Below are positions 28,928-37,847 of a stretch of 49,366 nt of DNA, piece by piece (position 1 is the first letter of the stretch; every line of letters begins with the position of its first letter). The notes below the pieces were generated by a model. It was not told where the DNA came from. It was given only the letters and a program-made list of their open reading frames with translations, and searched no databases. A program made the translations under genes and the position numbers. This stretch comes from Polyangiales bacterium (GTDB lineage Bacteria; Myxococcota_A; Polyangia; Polyangiales; Houyiibacteriaceae), in contig JBGCFM010000055.1 in the NCBI GenBank assembly GCA_045106895.1, positions 1-49,366 on the forward strand. Direction: 5' to 3'.

Positions 28928-30927
28928 AGTGGCCTCGCGTTCTCTGTCTCCTTGCCGTCGCGTGCGGCGGTCCTGTAGCGCAGAGCGCTACGTCCACTTC
29001 GAGCGCGCCGACGCCGTCTTCCGTGAGCTCCGGCAGTGCAGCGGGGGATAATGAGTTCTTCTTGGTGCCAAGCGACGAGGGGCTGGAAGTGGGAGGTGCG
29101 CTTCAGGCGCCGCTCCCGGTCGCCGTGACGAGCTTTGGCGCGATTCAAGCCGGCGGTGCCACCTATGTATTCGGCGGCTATGCGGGACGACCTCATGAAT
29201 ACAACCGCGAGGGACAGTCGCCGAGCTTGTGGCGCCTCGCCTCCGATGAGTGGGTGGAAGTCGCGCGCCTCTCGCACGGGCTTCAAGGCTCGCCGCTCGT
29301 GGAAGTGGATGGAGCGCCATGTCGCTTGGGCGGGACACGCATCGACAATGCGCCTGGGGAAGACCTCAGCATGCACTCCATCGCGGACGTGTCGTGTTTC
29401 GTCGACGGAGCATGGCAGGACGCGCCGGATCTGCCCGCGCCTCGCTCTTCCTTCGACGCGGCGCGGGTCGGCTCGAAGGTCTGCGTCGCGGGCGGTTGGT
29501 CTCTCTCTGGTTCGACAAATGGTGAGTGGAGCGATGACGTGCTGTGTCGCGAGTGGGACGGTGACGCCCGCGAGTGGCGTTCCTACGCGGCGCCTTTTCA
29601 TCGCCGCGCCCTGGCCACGGCGGGCGTTGGAAACGAGCTGCTCGTTATCGGGGGCCTCGACGACCAACGCAATGTCGTCACCACCGTGAACATTCTAAAC
29701 CTCGAGAGCGGCGAATGGAGCGCGGGCCCAGACTTCCCAGAAGCGGCCTTTGGCGTGAGCGCGACGACCATCGGCGACTCCGTCTACGCCTCGGCGGTGA
29801 GCGGCGTCGTCTACCGCTGGTCGCCCGGGGACAGCGAATGGACACCCGCCGCAACGCTCGCCTATCCACGCTTTTTCCATCAGCTCGTCGCTTCCGGCGA
29901 TGGTCTTATGGCACTCGGCGGCATTGGCGGGATGCACACCGCAGGTCGCGTGCGGCACGTTGAACGCGTCGACCTCGCACCTGCGACGATGCGCATCAGC
30001 GAGTGGTCAGTCGCGTTTCCCGGCGCGTCCAAGAATCGCCAAGCGACCTTTGTCGACGGCGAGTTCCTGTACCTCTTTGGAGGCAACAACAGCCTTGGAC
30101 AGCACGACTTCGAAGCCGAGAATTTCGTCGACGAAGGCTGGCGAGTTCACTTGCCGAGCATGCGCATCGAGTCACAGCCGGCGCTCCCTGTTCGACGGCA
30201 ATCGATGGTGGTATCGCGAGCCGGAGGCGCCCCCATTGCTATCGGCGGCTTCGGTCATGACGGCGAGGCAGCCGTGAGCCAGCAAGGAATCCTTCGCTAC
30301 GGCGCAGGCGGTTGGAGACAGGTTGGTGAGATCCCCGAGAGCCGAACTCAGTTCGGCATCTTCTCTCGCGACGGCCATGTATCTCTTGTGGGCGGTTTGA
30401 GTTACGATCCCGCACGTGAAGGCGAGGCGGCCTTTGACCACGTGACGTCGATCCTTCGCGCAGATGCCGGCACCCTGGCGTTTGAGACGCACAGCCTGGA
30501 GCTGCCCGCGACGCGACGTGCGTTTGCGAGCGCAACGCACAACGGAGACTTCTACATCGTGGGCGGCATGAGAGCTGGCTTCCAGCTCGTTGACGACTGC
30601 GTGGTGCTTCGTGGCGCCACGGGCGAGTTCGAGGAGCTTCCGTGTCCCGAGCAAACACGCCTGTCTGGCGACCTCGTTGTCATCGACGAGCATCTCGTTC
30701 TTCTTGGCGGGTCCGTGCGTGGCGAAGAGGGCATGGCGCCCGCTCAGGATGTGCAGGTGTACGATCCCGCGAACCCGGAGGCTGGCTGGAATAGCGTGGG
30801 GACGATCCCATTCAGCATGAAGCACGCTCGCGCGATGCGTTTTGAAGGCCGACTCCTCGTCTACTCCACCCACTACGAAGAGGCGCGCATTCGTGTCGCT
30901 CTCATCAATTTCTCGTTGTCCCCATGA
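28924..30927 (+). CDS. Kelch-repeat lipoprotein, probably two beta-propellers
   Basis: Lipobox AVAC; about a dozen GG...W-type Kelch blades (YVFGG, CVAGG, LVIGG, YLFGG, YIVGG, VLLGG); ATGA overlap with the HmuY gene. Confidence 0.88.
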   Translation: MKWPRVLCLLAVACGGPVAQSATSTSSAPTPSSVSSGSAAGDNEFFLVPSDEGLEVGGALQAPLPVAVTSFGAIQAGGATYVFGGYAGRPHEYNREGQSPSLWRLASDEWVEVARLSHGLQGSPLVEVDGAPCRLGGTRIDNAPGEDLSMHSIADVSCFVDGAWQDAPDLPAPRSSFDAARVGSKVCVAGGWSLSGSTNGEWSDDVLCREWDGDAREWRSYAAPFHRRALATAGVGNELLVIGGLDDQRNVVTTVNILNLESGEWSAGPDFPEAAFGVSATTIGDSVYASAVSGVVYRWSPGDSEWTPAATLAYPRFFHQLVASGDGLMALGGIGGMHTAGRVRHVERVDLAPATMRISEWSVAFPGASKNRQATFVDGEFLYLFGGNNSLGQHDFEAENFVDEGWRVHLPSMRIESQPALPVRRQSMVVSRAGGAPIAIGGFGHDGEAAVSQQGILRYGAGGWRQVGEIPESRTQFGIFSRDGHVSLVGGLSYDPAREGEAAFDHVTSILRADAGTLAFETHSLELPATRRAFASATHNGDFYIVGGMRAGFQLVDDCVVLRGATGEFEELPCPEQTRLSGDLVVIDEHLVLLGGSVRGEEGMAPAQDVQVYDPANPEAGWNSVGTIPFSMKHARAMRFEGRLLVYSTHYEEARIRVALINFSLSP

Positions 30928-31148
30928 AAGTAGAAGACAGCACCACCCGTCTTGCGGAGTCCGCCGGGGTCATCGTCGACCGCTGCAGCTGCGGCAACTC
31001 GTTCTACCTGCACATCGGAGGCGTCGCGCTCCGGCTTCCGCAAAGTGCCCTCGAGGAACTCTATGAGACGCTTGGCGAAGCTCTTGTCCGCCAAGCGATC
31101 GCGAGCGAGCGGAGTATTCTGGACGCCAACTCGATGCTGGAAAACTGA
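30924..31148 (+). CDS. Small hypothetical protein (74 aa) with CSCG...LH motif
   Basis: ATGA overlap with the Kelch gene; VDRCSCGNSFYLHIGGVALRL followed by an amphipathic helix; stop abuts the convergent pirin stop. Confidence 0.75.
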   Translation: MKVEDSTTRLAESAGVIVDRCSCGNSFYLHIGGVALRLPQSALEELYETLGEALVRQAIASERSILDANSMLEN

Positions 31149-31150
31149 GT

Positions 31151-31855
31151 CTACTGCAGGTCGAAGAGCAACACTTCGGCGTCCTCGGTGGCGACGAGCC
31201 GCACTCGCTGGGCTTCGCTCAGCGAAGCACCGTCGCCCGCCTGCAGGGTCACTGTTGTGCCGCTGTCCTCGACGGTGAGCACGCCGCGGACGACCTGAAT
31301 GTAGGAGTATCCGCTTTGCAGCGAGTGCTCAGCGGACTCTCCGGCTTCTAGCTTCGCCACAAAGACCTCGGCGTCCGAGTGAATCACCAGAGACCCGTCG
31401 CGACCGCTCGGTGATGCGACGAGGCGGAGCTTCCCTTTCGCTTCGGCGGCGAAGTCTTGCTGCGCGTAAGAAGGCGGAAGTCCGTTCTCGTTTGGTTCGA
31501 GCCAGATCTGAAGAAAGTGAACGGGCTGTTCCTTCGACGCGTTGTACTCGCTGTGCCGTACGCCGCGCCCCGCGCTCATCCGTTGAACTTCACCCGGGCG
31601 AATCACCGAGGAGGTGCCGAGGCTGTCTTTGTGCTCAAGCGCGCCGCTGACGACGTAGGAGATGATCTCCATATCCCGGTGTCCATGCTCGCCAAAGCCT
31701 TTGCCGGGGGCGACGTGGTCTTCGTTGATCACCCGCAGAGAGCGGTGGCCCATGAACTTCGCGTCGTAGTAGCCGGCGAAGGAAAACGAGTGTCGGCTGC
31801 TCAGCCAACCATGTTCCCCGCGGCCGCGGTCCTCACTTCTTCGTGTGTTCAACAT
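31151..31855 (-). CDS. Pirin family protein (YhhW-like)
   Basis: HGWLSSRHSFSFAGYYD, GFGEHGHRDMEI, HKDSLG, MSAGRGVRHSEYN, FLQIW. Alternative start at 31873. Confidence 0.95.
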   Translation of the reverse strand: MLNTRRSEDRGRGEHGWLSSRHSFSFAGYYDAKFMGHRSLRVINEDHVAPGKGFGEHGHRDMEIISYVVSGALEHKDSLGTSSVIRPGEVQRMSAGRGVRHSEYNASKEQPVHFLQIWLEPNENGLPPSYAQQDFAAEAKGKLRLVASPSGRDGSLVIHSDAEVFVAKLEAGESAEHSLQSGYSYIQVVRGVLTVEDSGTTVTLQAGDGASLSEAQRVRLVATEDAEVLLFDLQ

Positions 31856-31917
31856 GTCTATGAGAGTAGACACGAGGCGTGCGCGTACAAGAGCGCGTAG
31901 CGGGTCGAAGTGGTGCG

Positions 31918-32505
31918 TTAGCGGAACGATTCAGCTGCGGACTTCGCCGGCGTGCGCTTACGTCGGCGAATCGCGTACTGGTCCGCGAACTCGGGCCAAA
32001 CCTCGCCGTTGTCCTGCGTGAGCCAGCGCATCTTGAGCTTCTCTGGGACGACGATCTTCGTCGGTGTCGTGTACGTTCCGAAGACGAGATCCCAGATTGG
32101 AGAGGTCACCCCGTGATTCTTCGAGGGGTCTCCGAAGTGGTGATAGAAGTGATGTCGCCTCGCCCAGCGGCCGTAGAAGCCGATGCCAGCATGCGTGTGG
32201 TCGCGGCGATGAAGCCACTCGTAGGTGAGGTAGAAGCTGGCGAAACCAAGCGTGAAGGCGCATCCGTGAACAAGTCCGGCGATCCACACGGCGGGACCGG
32301 CCATGACACCGACGAAGATGAGCGCGGCTCCGGCTTTCTTCCACGCCGGAGCAAAGTAGTCACCCTGGCTGTGGTGGCGCGTGTGCTCCTTGCCGAAGAT
32401 GTTCTTCTTCCAGCGATGTCCGAGCCAGCGATGAAAGACATACTCAAGGAAGGTCCACAAGAAGGCGCCGAGCGCCAAGGCGAGAAGGGTGGTCGCTATC
32501 ATCAT
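31918..32505 (-). CDS. Sterol desaturase / fatty-acid hydroxylase family membrane di-iron enzyme
   Basis: His boxes EYVFHRWLGH, HTRHH, YEWLHRRDH and HHFYHH; NHGVTSPIWD.VFGT. Confidence 0.92.
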   Translation of the reverse strand: MMIATTLLALALGAFLWTFLEYVFHRWLGHRWKKNIFGKEHTRHHSQGDYFAPAWKKAGAALIFVGVMAGPAVWIAGLVHGCAFTLGFASFYLTYEWLHRRDHTHAGIGFYGRWARRHHFYHHFGDPSKNHGVTSPIWDLVFGTYTTPTKIVVPEKLKMRWLTQDNGEVWPEFADQYAIRRRKRTPAKSAAESFR

Positions 32506-33179
32506 GATTCGCCTCCTTGGGCGTCAAAGGAGCTTTCGATTGCGCTCTTGATATCTGCTTCAGCCGCGCCCCAACCGCAGAGGAGCGTCACGACCATTCG
32601 GCGGCTGAGTCGATCTGCGTTGAAGAAGTCGGGGGCGATACGCTCTTGTTTGCGCAGCTGAAGTGTTCCCTGGATCGCGGCCCAAAAAAGCACCGCGCGC
32701 TCCTTGGAGTCGCCGTCCTTGAGGAGTCCGTGGTTTACGCAGCGCCCGAATGCACCGGCGAGAGGCAAGAGCGCTCCCACCATCGCGTCGCCGACTGCTC
32801 GCGCGCTCGCTTCGTCCGCGACGAGAATACGCGGCGAGCCGCTCATGGCTGCGAGGAGTGAGTACATCGCCGGTCGCTCACGTGAGTAGCGCAGGTAGGC
32901 GTGGGCCTGCGCCGTGATGCTCTGCAGACCGGGGCTCTGACTCGCTTTCATCATGATGCCAGCGAGTTCGCTGACCGCCTGGACGGTGAGAGCAGCGAGG
33001 AGCGCGTCCTTGGATGCGTAGTAGCGATACAGGGCGCCAGGCGTGTAGTTGGCCAGGCGCGCGACCTTCTTGATGGACAGGCCTTCAAGGCCGTCTTCGC
33101 CGACCACCTTCACCGCGGCGCTGAGGATCCGCTCGCGGTTGTTTTCTTGTCGACGCTGCTGGGGCGTTTCGTGAATCAC
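32502..33179 (-). CDS. TetR/AcrR family transcriptional regulator
   Basis: ILSAA...GLEGLSIKKVA...YTPGALYRYYASKDALL. GTG start chosen at 33179 from the promoter position. ATGA overlap with the desaturase gene. Confidence 0.92.
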   Translation of the reverse strand: MIHETPQQRRQENNRERILSAAVKVVGEDGLEGLSIKKVARLANYTPGALYRYYASKDALLAALTVQAVSELAGIMMKASQSPGLQSITAQAHAYLRYSRERPAMYSLLAAMSGSPRILVADEASARAVGDAMVGALLPLAGAFGRCVNHGLLKDGDSKERAVLFWAAIQGTLQLRKQERIAPDFFNADRLSRRMVVTLLCGWGAAEADIKSAIESSFDAQGGES

Positions 33180-33214
33180 GTTTACAAAGTAAACGGCGTT
33201 TACGCCTTGCGCAA
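33171..33214 (-). promoter_or_regulatory. Sigma-70-type promoter with overlapping tandem palindromic operators, likely TetR autoregulation
   Basis: -35 TTGCGC (33214-33209), 17-nt spacer, -10 TACTTT (33191-33186), then 6 nt to the GTG. Perfect palindrome GTAAACG-G-CGTTTAC (33189-33203) and imperfect copy GTGAATCACGTTTAC (33171-33185). Confidence 0.7.
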
Positions 33215-33249
33215 GTCTGGGCGAGAGAATCGCGTATTTACGTGACTGC

Positions 33250-35064
33250 CTAGAGCGAGCGCCCTGACATGCCTGGAAGTCCACCGACGGCAAGGGAATG
33301 ACCCCGTCCGGCGAGCCCAGCGGCGCCGGACGAGCACTCGAACGTGGTGGGTCGCACGCCGTCTCCGCCGGCGACCACACAGAGACTGTTGCCGCCGTTG
33401 CCGCCGGAACCTGAGCCGCCGCGTCCGCCATCGCTTCCGATGCCGCCAGCGCCCCCGGGCCCGCCGTTGTCGGCTCCGCCGCCCGCCGTTCCGCCGCCGC
33501 CGCCGCCGCCGCCGAGTCCGCCGGCTGCGCCGGAGCCACCGCCGCCGGCGGCTGACGTGACGAGGGAGCAGTCGATGAGGCTCACGGAGGAGTCGAAGCT
33601 GAAGAGTGCGACGCTGTTTCCGCCGCCGGTTCCGCCGCTGCCGCCAAATCCACCGCATCCACCGGAGCCGCCGCCGCCGCCGCCGCCGCCTTGGTCATCG
33701 GCGCAGCAGTCCGAACCACCGCCGCCGCCGCCGCCGCCACCGCCGCTGCCGTCGCCGCCTTCGGCGCCCCGCACTCCGCTCCCGGCGTCGAAGCCCGTCG
33801 CGTCGACGACCTGCGCGCCCATCGTCGTGGCGTGGACGCCGGCTGTGCCGACGCGTGTTGCAGGTCGGCCTGGCGAACCTGAGCGCCCGTTGCTGCAGCC
33901 TGCGATGCAGAAGCTGCCATCACCCGCGCCGCCGGGACCGCCGCTTCCCGCCGCCGACCCGCTCCCCATGTTTCCGATGCCACCGGTGCGGTCGCCGTAG
34001 GCCCCACGTCCACCAAGTCCGCCGTTTGCCGCGCACGTCGAAGTGGCGCCGGCTCCACCGAAGCCACGGTTGCTGCAGCCACTGCACCCGCTCATGCCCG
34101 CGGAGCCCGTTCGCCCGTTTGCACCGACGCCGCCGATGGCGCCGGTTACGCCGTTGGTGCCTGCTCCTGCCTCCAGCTGGCAAGCTTCGAAGGTGACGCC
34201 GCTGCTCCCTACAATATGCGCGGCGTAGCTCGTTCCGCCAGGCGTAGAAGCCCGAGACGAGATGATTCGCATGCGCTGAACGACGGTGGCGGCGGAGATG
34301 TCTGTACCGCGGATTGCGACATCGCCGCCGCGCACTTCACTCAAAACACCGGGCATTCGCTGCCACGTCGCGCCGTAACCGCCGAAGAGGCCGACGCCGT
34401 TGCTGAGCACGATGTCCTCGTTGTACTCGCCTTCGGCGATGTAGACCTCGCGCCGCCCTTCGCGCGTGGATGCCTCGGCGATGCCCGCGGCGATGGTGTC
34501 GAAGGGGGAGTCCTGGGCGCCGCTTCCGTCGCCACGTCCGACGGGCGGTGGCGCCACGAAGACGCCGATGGCGCTCGAGCCATCGATGCCGTCGCAGTCC
34601 GTGTCTCGACCATCCACGTCGGGGAAGTCCTCGCCGCCGTCGCCCATGAAACACTCGCAGCCGTTCGCTGCGTTCCCGTCCGCGTCTGTGGCTCCCTCCA
34701 CGCACTCCAACGCGCACTCGGAAGAGCTACAGACGGGCATCATGTTCTGCTGAAACTCCGACGGCGCCGGGCACGCCATGCATGTGGCGCCGCAGTGCTC
34801 TGCGTCGGACGTCGTGTCGTAGGGCATGGTGGTGACGCAAGCGCCCATGACGCACTCGTTGAGAGAGCACGCCATTCCGTCGTCGCACTGCGTGGAGTTC
34901 GAGCAGCCGGCGTCCATGCCAAGAGGGACATCAGGTCCTCCGGCGTCGCCGACGGAGGTGTCGAGGTCGGCGTCGATGGAGGTGCCAACGTCATTCGTAC
35001 CGTTGGACCCGCTGGCGCAGGCTCCAAGGCCGGCGATGAGCAATGCAAAGCGAAGGTTTTTCAC
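33250..35064 (-). CDS. Cys-rich/Gly-rich surface lipoprotein (PE_PGRS-like Gly tract, DUF1565-like beta-helix start)
   Basis: Lipobox LGAC; Cys-rich repeats (HCGATCMAC, NGCEC, DTDCDGIDG); PFDTIAAGI...VYIAEGEY; long GGxGGx tracts. Confidence 0.85.
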   Translation of the reverse strand: MKNLRFALLIAGLGACASGSNGTNDVGTSIDADLDTSVGDAGGPDVPLGMDAGCSNSTQCDDGMACSLNECVMGACVTTMPYDTTSDAEHCGATCMACPAPSEFQQNMMPVCSSSECALECVEGATDADGNAANGCECFMGDGGEDFPDVDGRDTDCDGIDGSSAIGVFVAPPPVGRGDGSGAQDSPFDTIAAGIAEASTREGRREVYIAEGEYNEDIVLSNGVGLFGGYGATWQRMPGVLSEVRGGDVAIRGTDISAATVVQRMRIISSRASTPGGTSYAAHIVGSSGVTFEACQLEAGAGTNGVTGAIGGVGANGRTGSAGMSGCSGCSNRGFGGAGATSTCAANGGLGGRGAYGDRTGGIGNMGSGSAAGSGGPGGAGDGSFCIAGCSNGRSGSPGRPATRVGTAGVHATTMGAQVVDATGFDAGSGVRGAEGGDGSGGGGGGGGGGSDCCADDQGGGGGGGGSGGCGGFGGSGGTGGGNSVALFSFDSSVSLIDCSLVTSAAGGGGSGAAGGLGGGGGGGGTAGGGADNGGPGGAGGIGSDGGRGGSGSGGNGGNSLCVVAGGDGVRPTTFECSSGAAGLAGRGHSLAVGGLPGMSGRSL

Positions 35065-35127
35065 CTCGGCAGCCTAGCATAGCGATTTCACATCGGAGAG
35101 CCGCCTGGATGGAGGGCTCTTCGTCCT

Positions 35128-36996
35128 TCAGCCGTCGACGAGGTTGAGGAACTCCTCCAGGTTCGTGTAGCCGTCATCGTCCGCATCACCGGCGCCGTCG
35201 TCGACGTCCGGGTCGAAGCCATTGGCGCTTTCCCAAGCGTCCGGCATGCCGTCACCGTCGGTGTCGGCGTAGGGCTCGTTTGAAGGAATGTTCGCGTAGG
35301 TGAAATCGCACACGCGGTTTTCGTCGCAGGAGTAGCTTTCGCTGGGACCGGTGCCGCTGCGGTACTGCTCGATGCACGTCTGGTCGAGGGAGTCTCGGTA
35401 GCTGACGAGCGAACCGTCGGCGCGAAGCGTACGAATGGCGCCGACCTCATCAGGCAGCTGCGCCATCAAGTCCTCCGTCGAGCGGATCGGCTGAGCGAAG
35501 CCGAGGAGCGAGTGCATGGTGTCCGTCTGTAGCTCACTCGGTCCTGGGTCGCCCTGGACATAGGGCGGCTCGTTGACGAAGACCTGCCACGAGACCCAGT
35601 TGTCCGCAGCGGCGTCGCTGAGCAAACCGGTGATGAAGTTGCCCGCCGTGTAAATGCGCGCGCCGAGGATTCCTTCGGTGCCCATGTTGAGTTTGTTGGC
35701 CACAGACGCGGTGTCCTCGCGGGTGCGCGGGCCCGAAACGTAGGCGTTGTTGATGTGGTTGAGACGCGACGCGTTGTGCACGTTCACCAAGCGGTTTTCC
35801 CAGTTGTAGGTGAGGTTGTTGATGACATCGAAACGCCCCTCGCCGGCCACGTTTGGAAAACGGTGGCTGGTGTTCGTGAAGAAGTTGTTCACCACCGTCG
35901 CTTCGATACCGCTGCCCGTGATGTTGCCGACGATGCTGCCTGTCTTGCTATCGGCGACCAGGTTGTACTGGAGCGTCACACCGGTCATTTCGACGTCCGC
36001 GTCGCCTCGAAGCGAAGCGCCTTCGTCCGTACCGTAGGAGATCGAAAGATGGTCTAGGACCACGTCCGTGCCGGTGTTCGCACTGAACGTGTCGAAGCCA
36101 TTGAAGTATGGATCCTGGCGAACACGAACGTAGCGCCAGATCATATTGTTCACGCGAGAGGTGTAGATGATTCCTTGAATCGTGATGCCGCCTTCGGGTG
36201 CCGTCTGTCCCGCTACCGTGAAGTTGGAAAAGCGCTCCGCCTCGATGCCGATCATGCTTGGGTAGGTGCCACCCGCGGCGCGCTCGTCGGCGTCGAGTTC
36301 CCCGTCTCCGTTGGTATCGCCGATGACGATTGTACCGCTCACACGGAAGACGATGGTGCGTGGAAACGTCCGCGTTAGGGCGTAACGAAGCGTACCGAGG
36401 ACCGGGTCACCTTCACCATCGCGGGCGTCGTCGAGGCGAGTCACAGCGACGACTTCCCCGCCGCGGCCACCGGTGATGAATGCGCCGGCGCCTCGGGCGG
36501 AGGGGAACGCAAGAACACCTGGTGGGACGCCAGCATCGAGTCCTGGGCCGGCGTCACCTTCGGGGCCCGCGTCCGGGCCTCCCGCGTCCGGCATCGCAGC
36601 GCGTCCGCACACGCAGTAGTCCGAGTCGTGACCGGTGTCCGCACATCCGAGTTCGCCGAGGCGGTCGTCTTCATCGCAGACGTTTTCGCTCGTGTCCGCG
36701 GTGTCGAAGCTCATCGTGCACTCGAGGCCAATATTCGCGCAGGCCGCCACACATCCGGCGCCGTCCTCAAAGACGATGGAGCAGGTGTTCGTGGTCGCTC
36801 CGCAAAGGGTGTACCCGGCGGCTTCCGCAGCGTCGCACTCGACGGGCCCGGCGTCTTGTGACGTCGGGACATCCGACGTGGCTGCATCTCTCTGAACTCC
36901 GCCGTCGGTCTCTTGGGTGTCGTCCGAGCAGGCAAGGCCGACAACACCAAGCCCAATGAGACAAACGAGACGGCGGACGAACGCGTAGTGCTTCAT
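35128..36996 (-). CDS. Pectate-lyase-like (PL1-type) beta-helix lipoprotein
   Basis: AFPSARGAG...TGGRGGEV..VT.L.D...GTLRYA, RTIVFRVSGTI, TVAGQTAP.GGI, DHLSISYGTDE, HRFP, INN..YNW; C-terminal DTDGDGMPDAWE/DDDGYTNLEEFLN; lipobox GLAC. Confidence 0.85.
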   Translation of the reverse strand: MKHYAFVRRLVCLIGLGVVGLACSDDTQETDGGVQRDAATSDVPTSQDAGPVECDAAEAAGYTLCGATTNTCSIVFEDGAGCVAACANIGLECTMSFDTADTSENVCDEDDRLGELGCADTGHDSDYCVCGRAAMPDAGGPDAGPEGDAGPGLDAGVPPGVLAFPSARGAGAFITGGRGGEVVAVTRLDDARDGEGDPVLGTLRYALTRTFPRTIVFRVSGTIVIGDTNGDGELDADERAAGGTYPSMIGIEAERFSNFTVAGQTAPEGGITIQGIIYTSRVNNMIWRYVRVRQDPYFNGFDTFSANTGTDVVLDHLSISYGTDEGASLRGDADVEMTGVTLQYNLVADSKTGSIVGNITGSGIEATVVNNFFTNTSHRFPNVAGEGRFDVINNLTYNWENRLVNVHNASRLNHINNAYVSGPRTREDTASVANKLNMGTEGILGARIYTAGNFITGLLSDAAADNWVSWQVFVNEPPYVQGDPGPSELQTDTMHSLLGFAQPIRSTEDLMAQLPDEVGAIRTLRADGSLVSYRDSLDQTCIEQYRSGTGPSESYSCDENRVCDFTYANIPSNEPYADTDGDGMPDAWESANGFDPDVDDGAGDADDDGYTNLEEFLNLVDG

Positions 36997-37049
36997 CTTT
37001 CTATCGTAACGATTGATATTATGCTGCGTCCAGCGTTCGGTGGAGTGGT

Positions 37050-37658
37050 TCAACGAGCCGTGAGCACCACGGGTGCGGCGTCGAAGGTGCCGCTCGGGCC
37101 CAGTCTTACGCCGGCCACACGCACCTCGTAGCGCCCAGGCGAGAGCGGCCCAAATGTGTTGATGGCTTCTCCCTGACGATAGAAGCCGCTGATGCCGCCG
37201 AGGTTGGCGACGGCTTCTTCTTTCCCAGCGCGGAGCTCGAGGTGTGTTTGTGGACGTCCTCCGGGAGGCGGCATTGGCGGGGGCAGGAACGTAGGAACGA
37301 ATACCGCACCGTCCTCCCGCGTGAATGTCCAGGTCAGCTCGAAGGACGCCGGCGTCTCAAAGTCGAGGGTCTGCGTCGTCGTGCTCCCGTTGAACACGTA
37401 GAGCTTGCCGGTGACGCGAGCCTCAGCGTGGGTTGCCATCGCGACGTTTGCCGGAATCGAGTCTCGATCGAGCACGAAACGAACGACCACCTCGCCTTCG
37501 ATATTGACTTCATCGCTCACGTTGTCGTCCACGTTGTTCTCCACGTTGTCGTTCATGACGTTCACCGCGCGGGTTTCCGGCTGCGTCGGTTCTTCGATGG
37601 CCGCCGGCGTGGAGCTGTCGCAGGCGACGAGCAGAACGAGAGTAAAAGCGCGGAGCAT
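37050..37658 (-). CDS. Hypothetical lipoprotein with Ig-like C-terminal domain
   Basis: Lipobox LVAC; Asn/Asp-rich linker; PPPMPP; LSPGRYEVRV. Confidence 0.7.
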   Translation of the reverse strand: MLRAFTLVLLVACDSSTPAAIEEPTQPETRAVNVMNDNVENNVDDNVSDEVNIEGEVVVRFVLDRDSIPANVAMATHAEARVTGKLYVFNGSTTTQTLDFETPASFELTWTFTREDGAVFVPTFLPPPMPPPGGRPQTHLELRAGKEEAVANLGGISGFYRQGEAINTFGPLSPGRYEVRVAGVRLGPSGTFDAAPVVLTAR

Positions 37659-37819
37659 CCGCTGAAGAGTATCCAGGCTGAAGGTTCGCTCTAAGCTCTT
37701 TGTCCGCGAGTCAGTTCACCCGTGTGGGTGGCAGCTCCAGGGGCCGCTCGATGGGTGAATGGCTCGCGGACTTGCCACCGTGATTCTTCGCATTTCACTG
37801 CTTTTGGGACCCTTGCGCT

Positions 37820-37835
37820 AGGCACACAACTTGCT
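37820..37835 (+). promoter_or_regulatory. Sigma-54 (-24/-12) promoter candidate
   Basis: AGGCACACAACTTGCT: GG(37821-2)-N10-GC(37833-4), close to TGGCAC-N5-TTGC. Confidence 0.6.
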
Positions 37836-37847
37836 ACTTGCACCCAC

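Noticed and set aside
31151..31855. Pirin as part of the Fur-regulated operon
   Set aside because: It is on the opposite strand and belongs to the TetR-desaturase unit. The adjacency alone is not evidence.
32502..33539. 345-aa long form of TetR
   Set aside because: The extension overlaps the upstream gene in another frame. Promoter and operator positions support a start at 33179.
33250..34200. Gly-rich tract as a mycobacterial PE_PGRS gene, or the Pro-rich plus-strand ORF 33344-34000 as a real gene
   Set aside because: There is no PE domain and the protein has a lipobox. The Pro-rich ORF is the antisense shadow of GGC codons.
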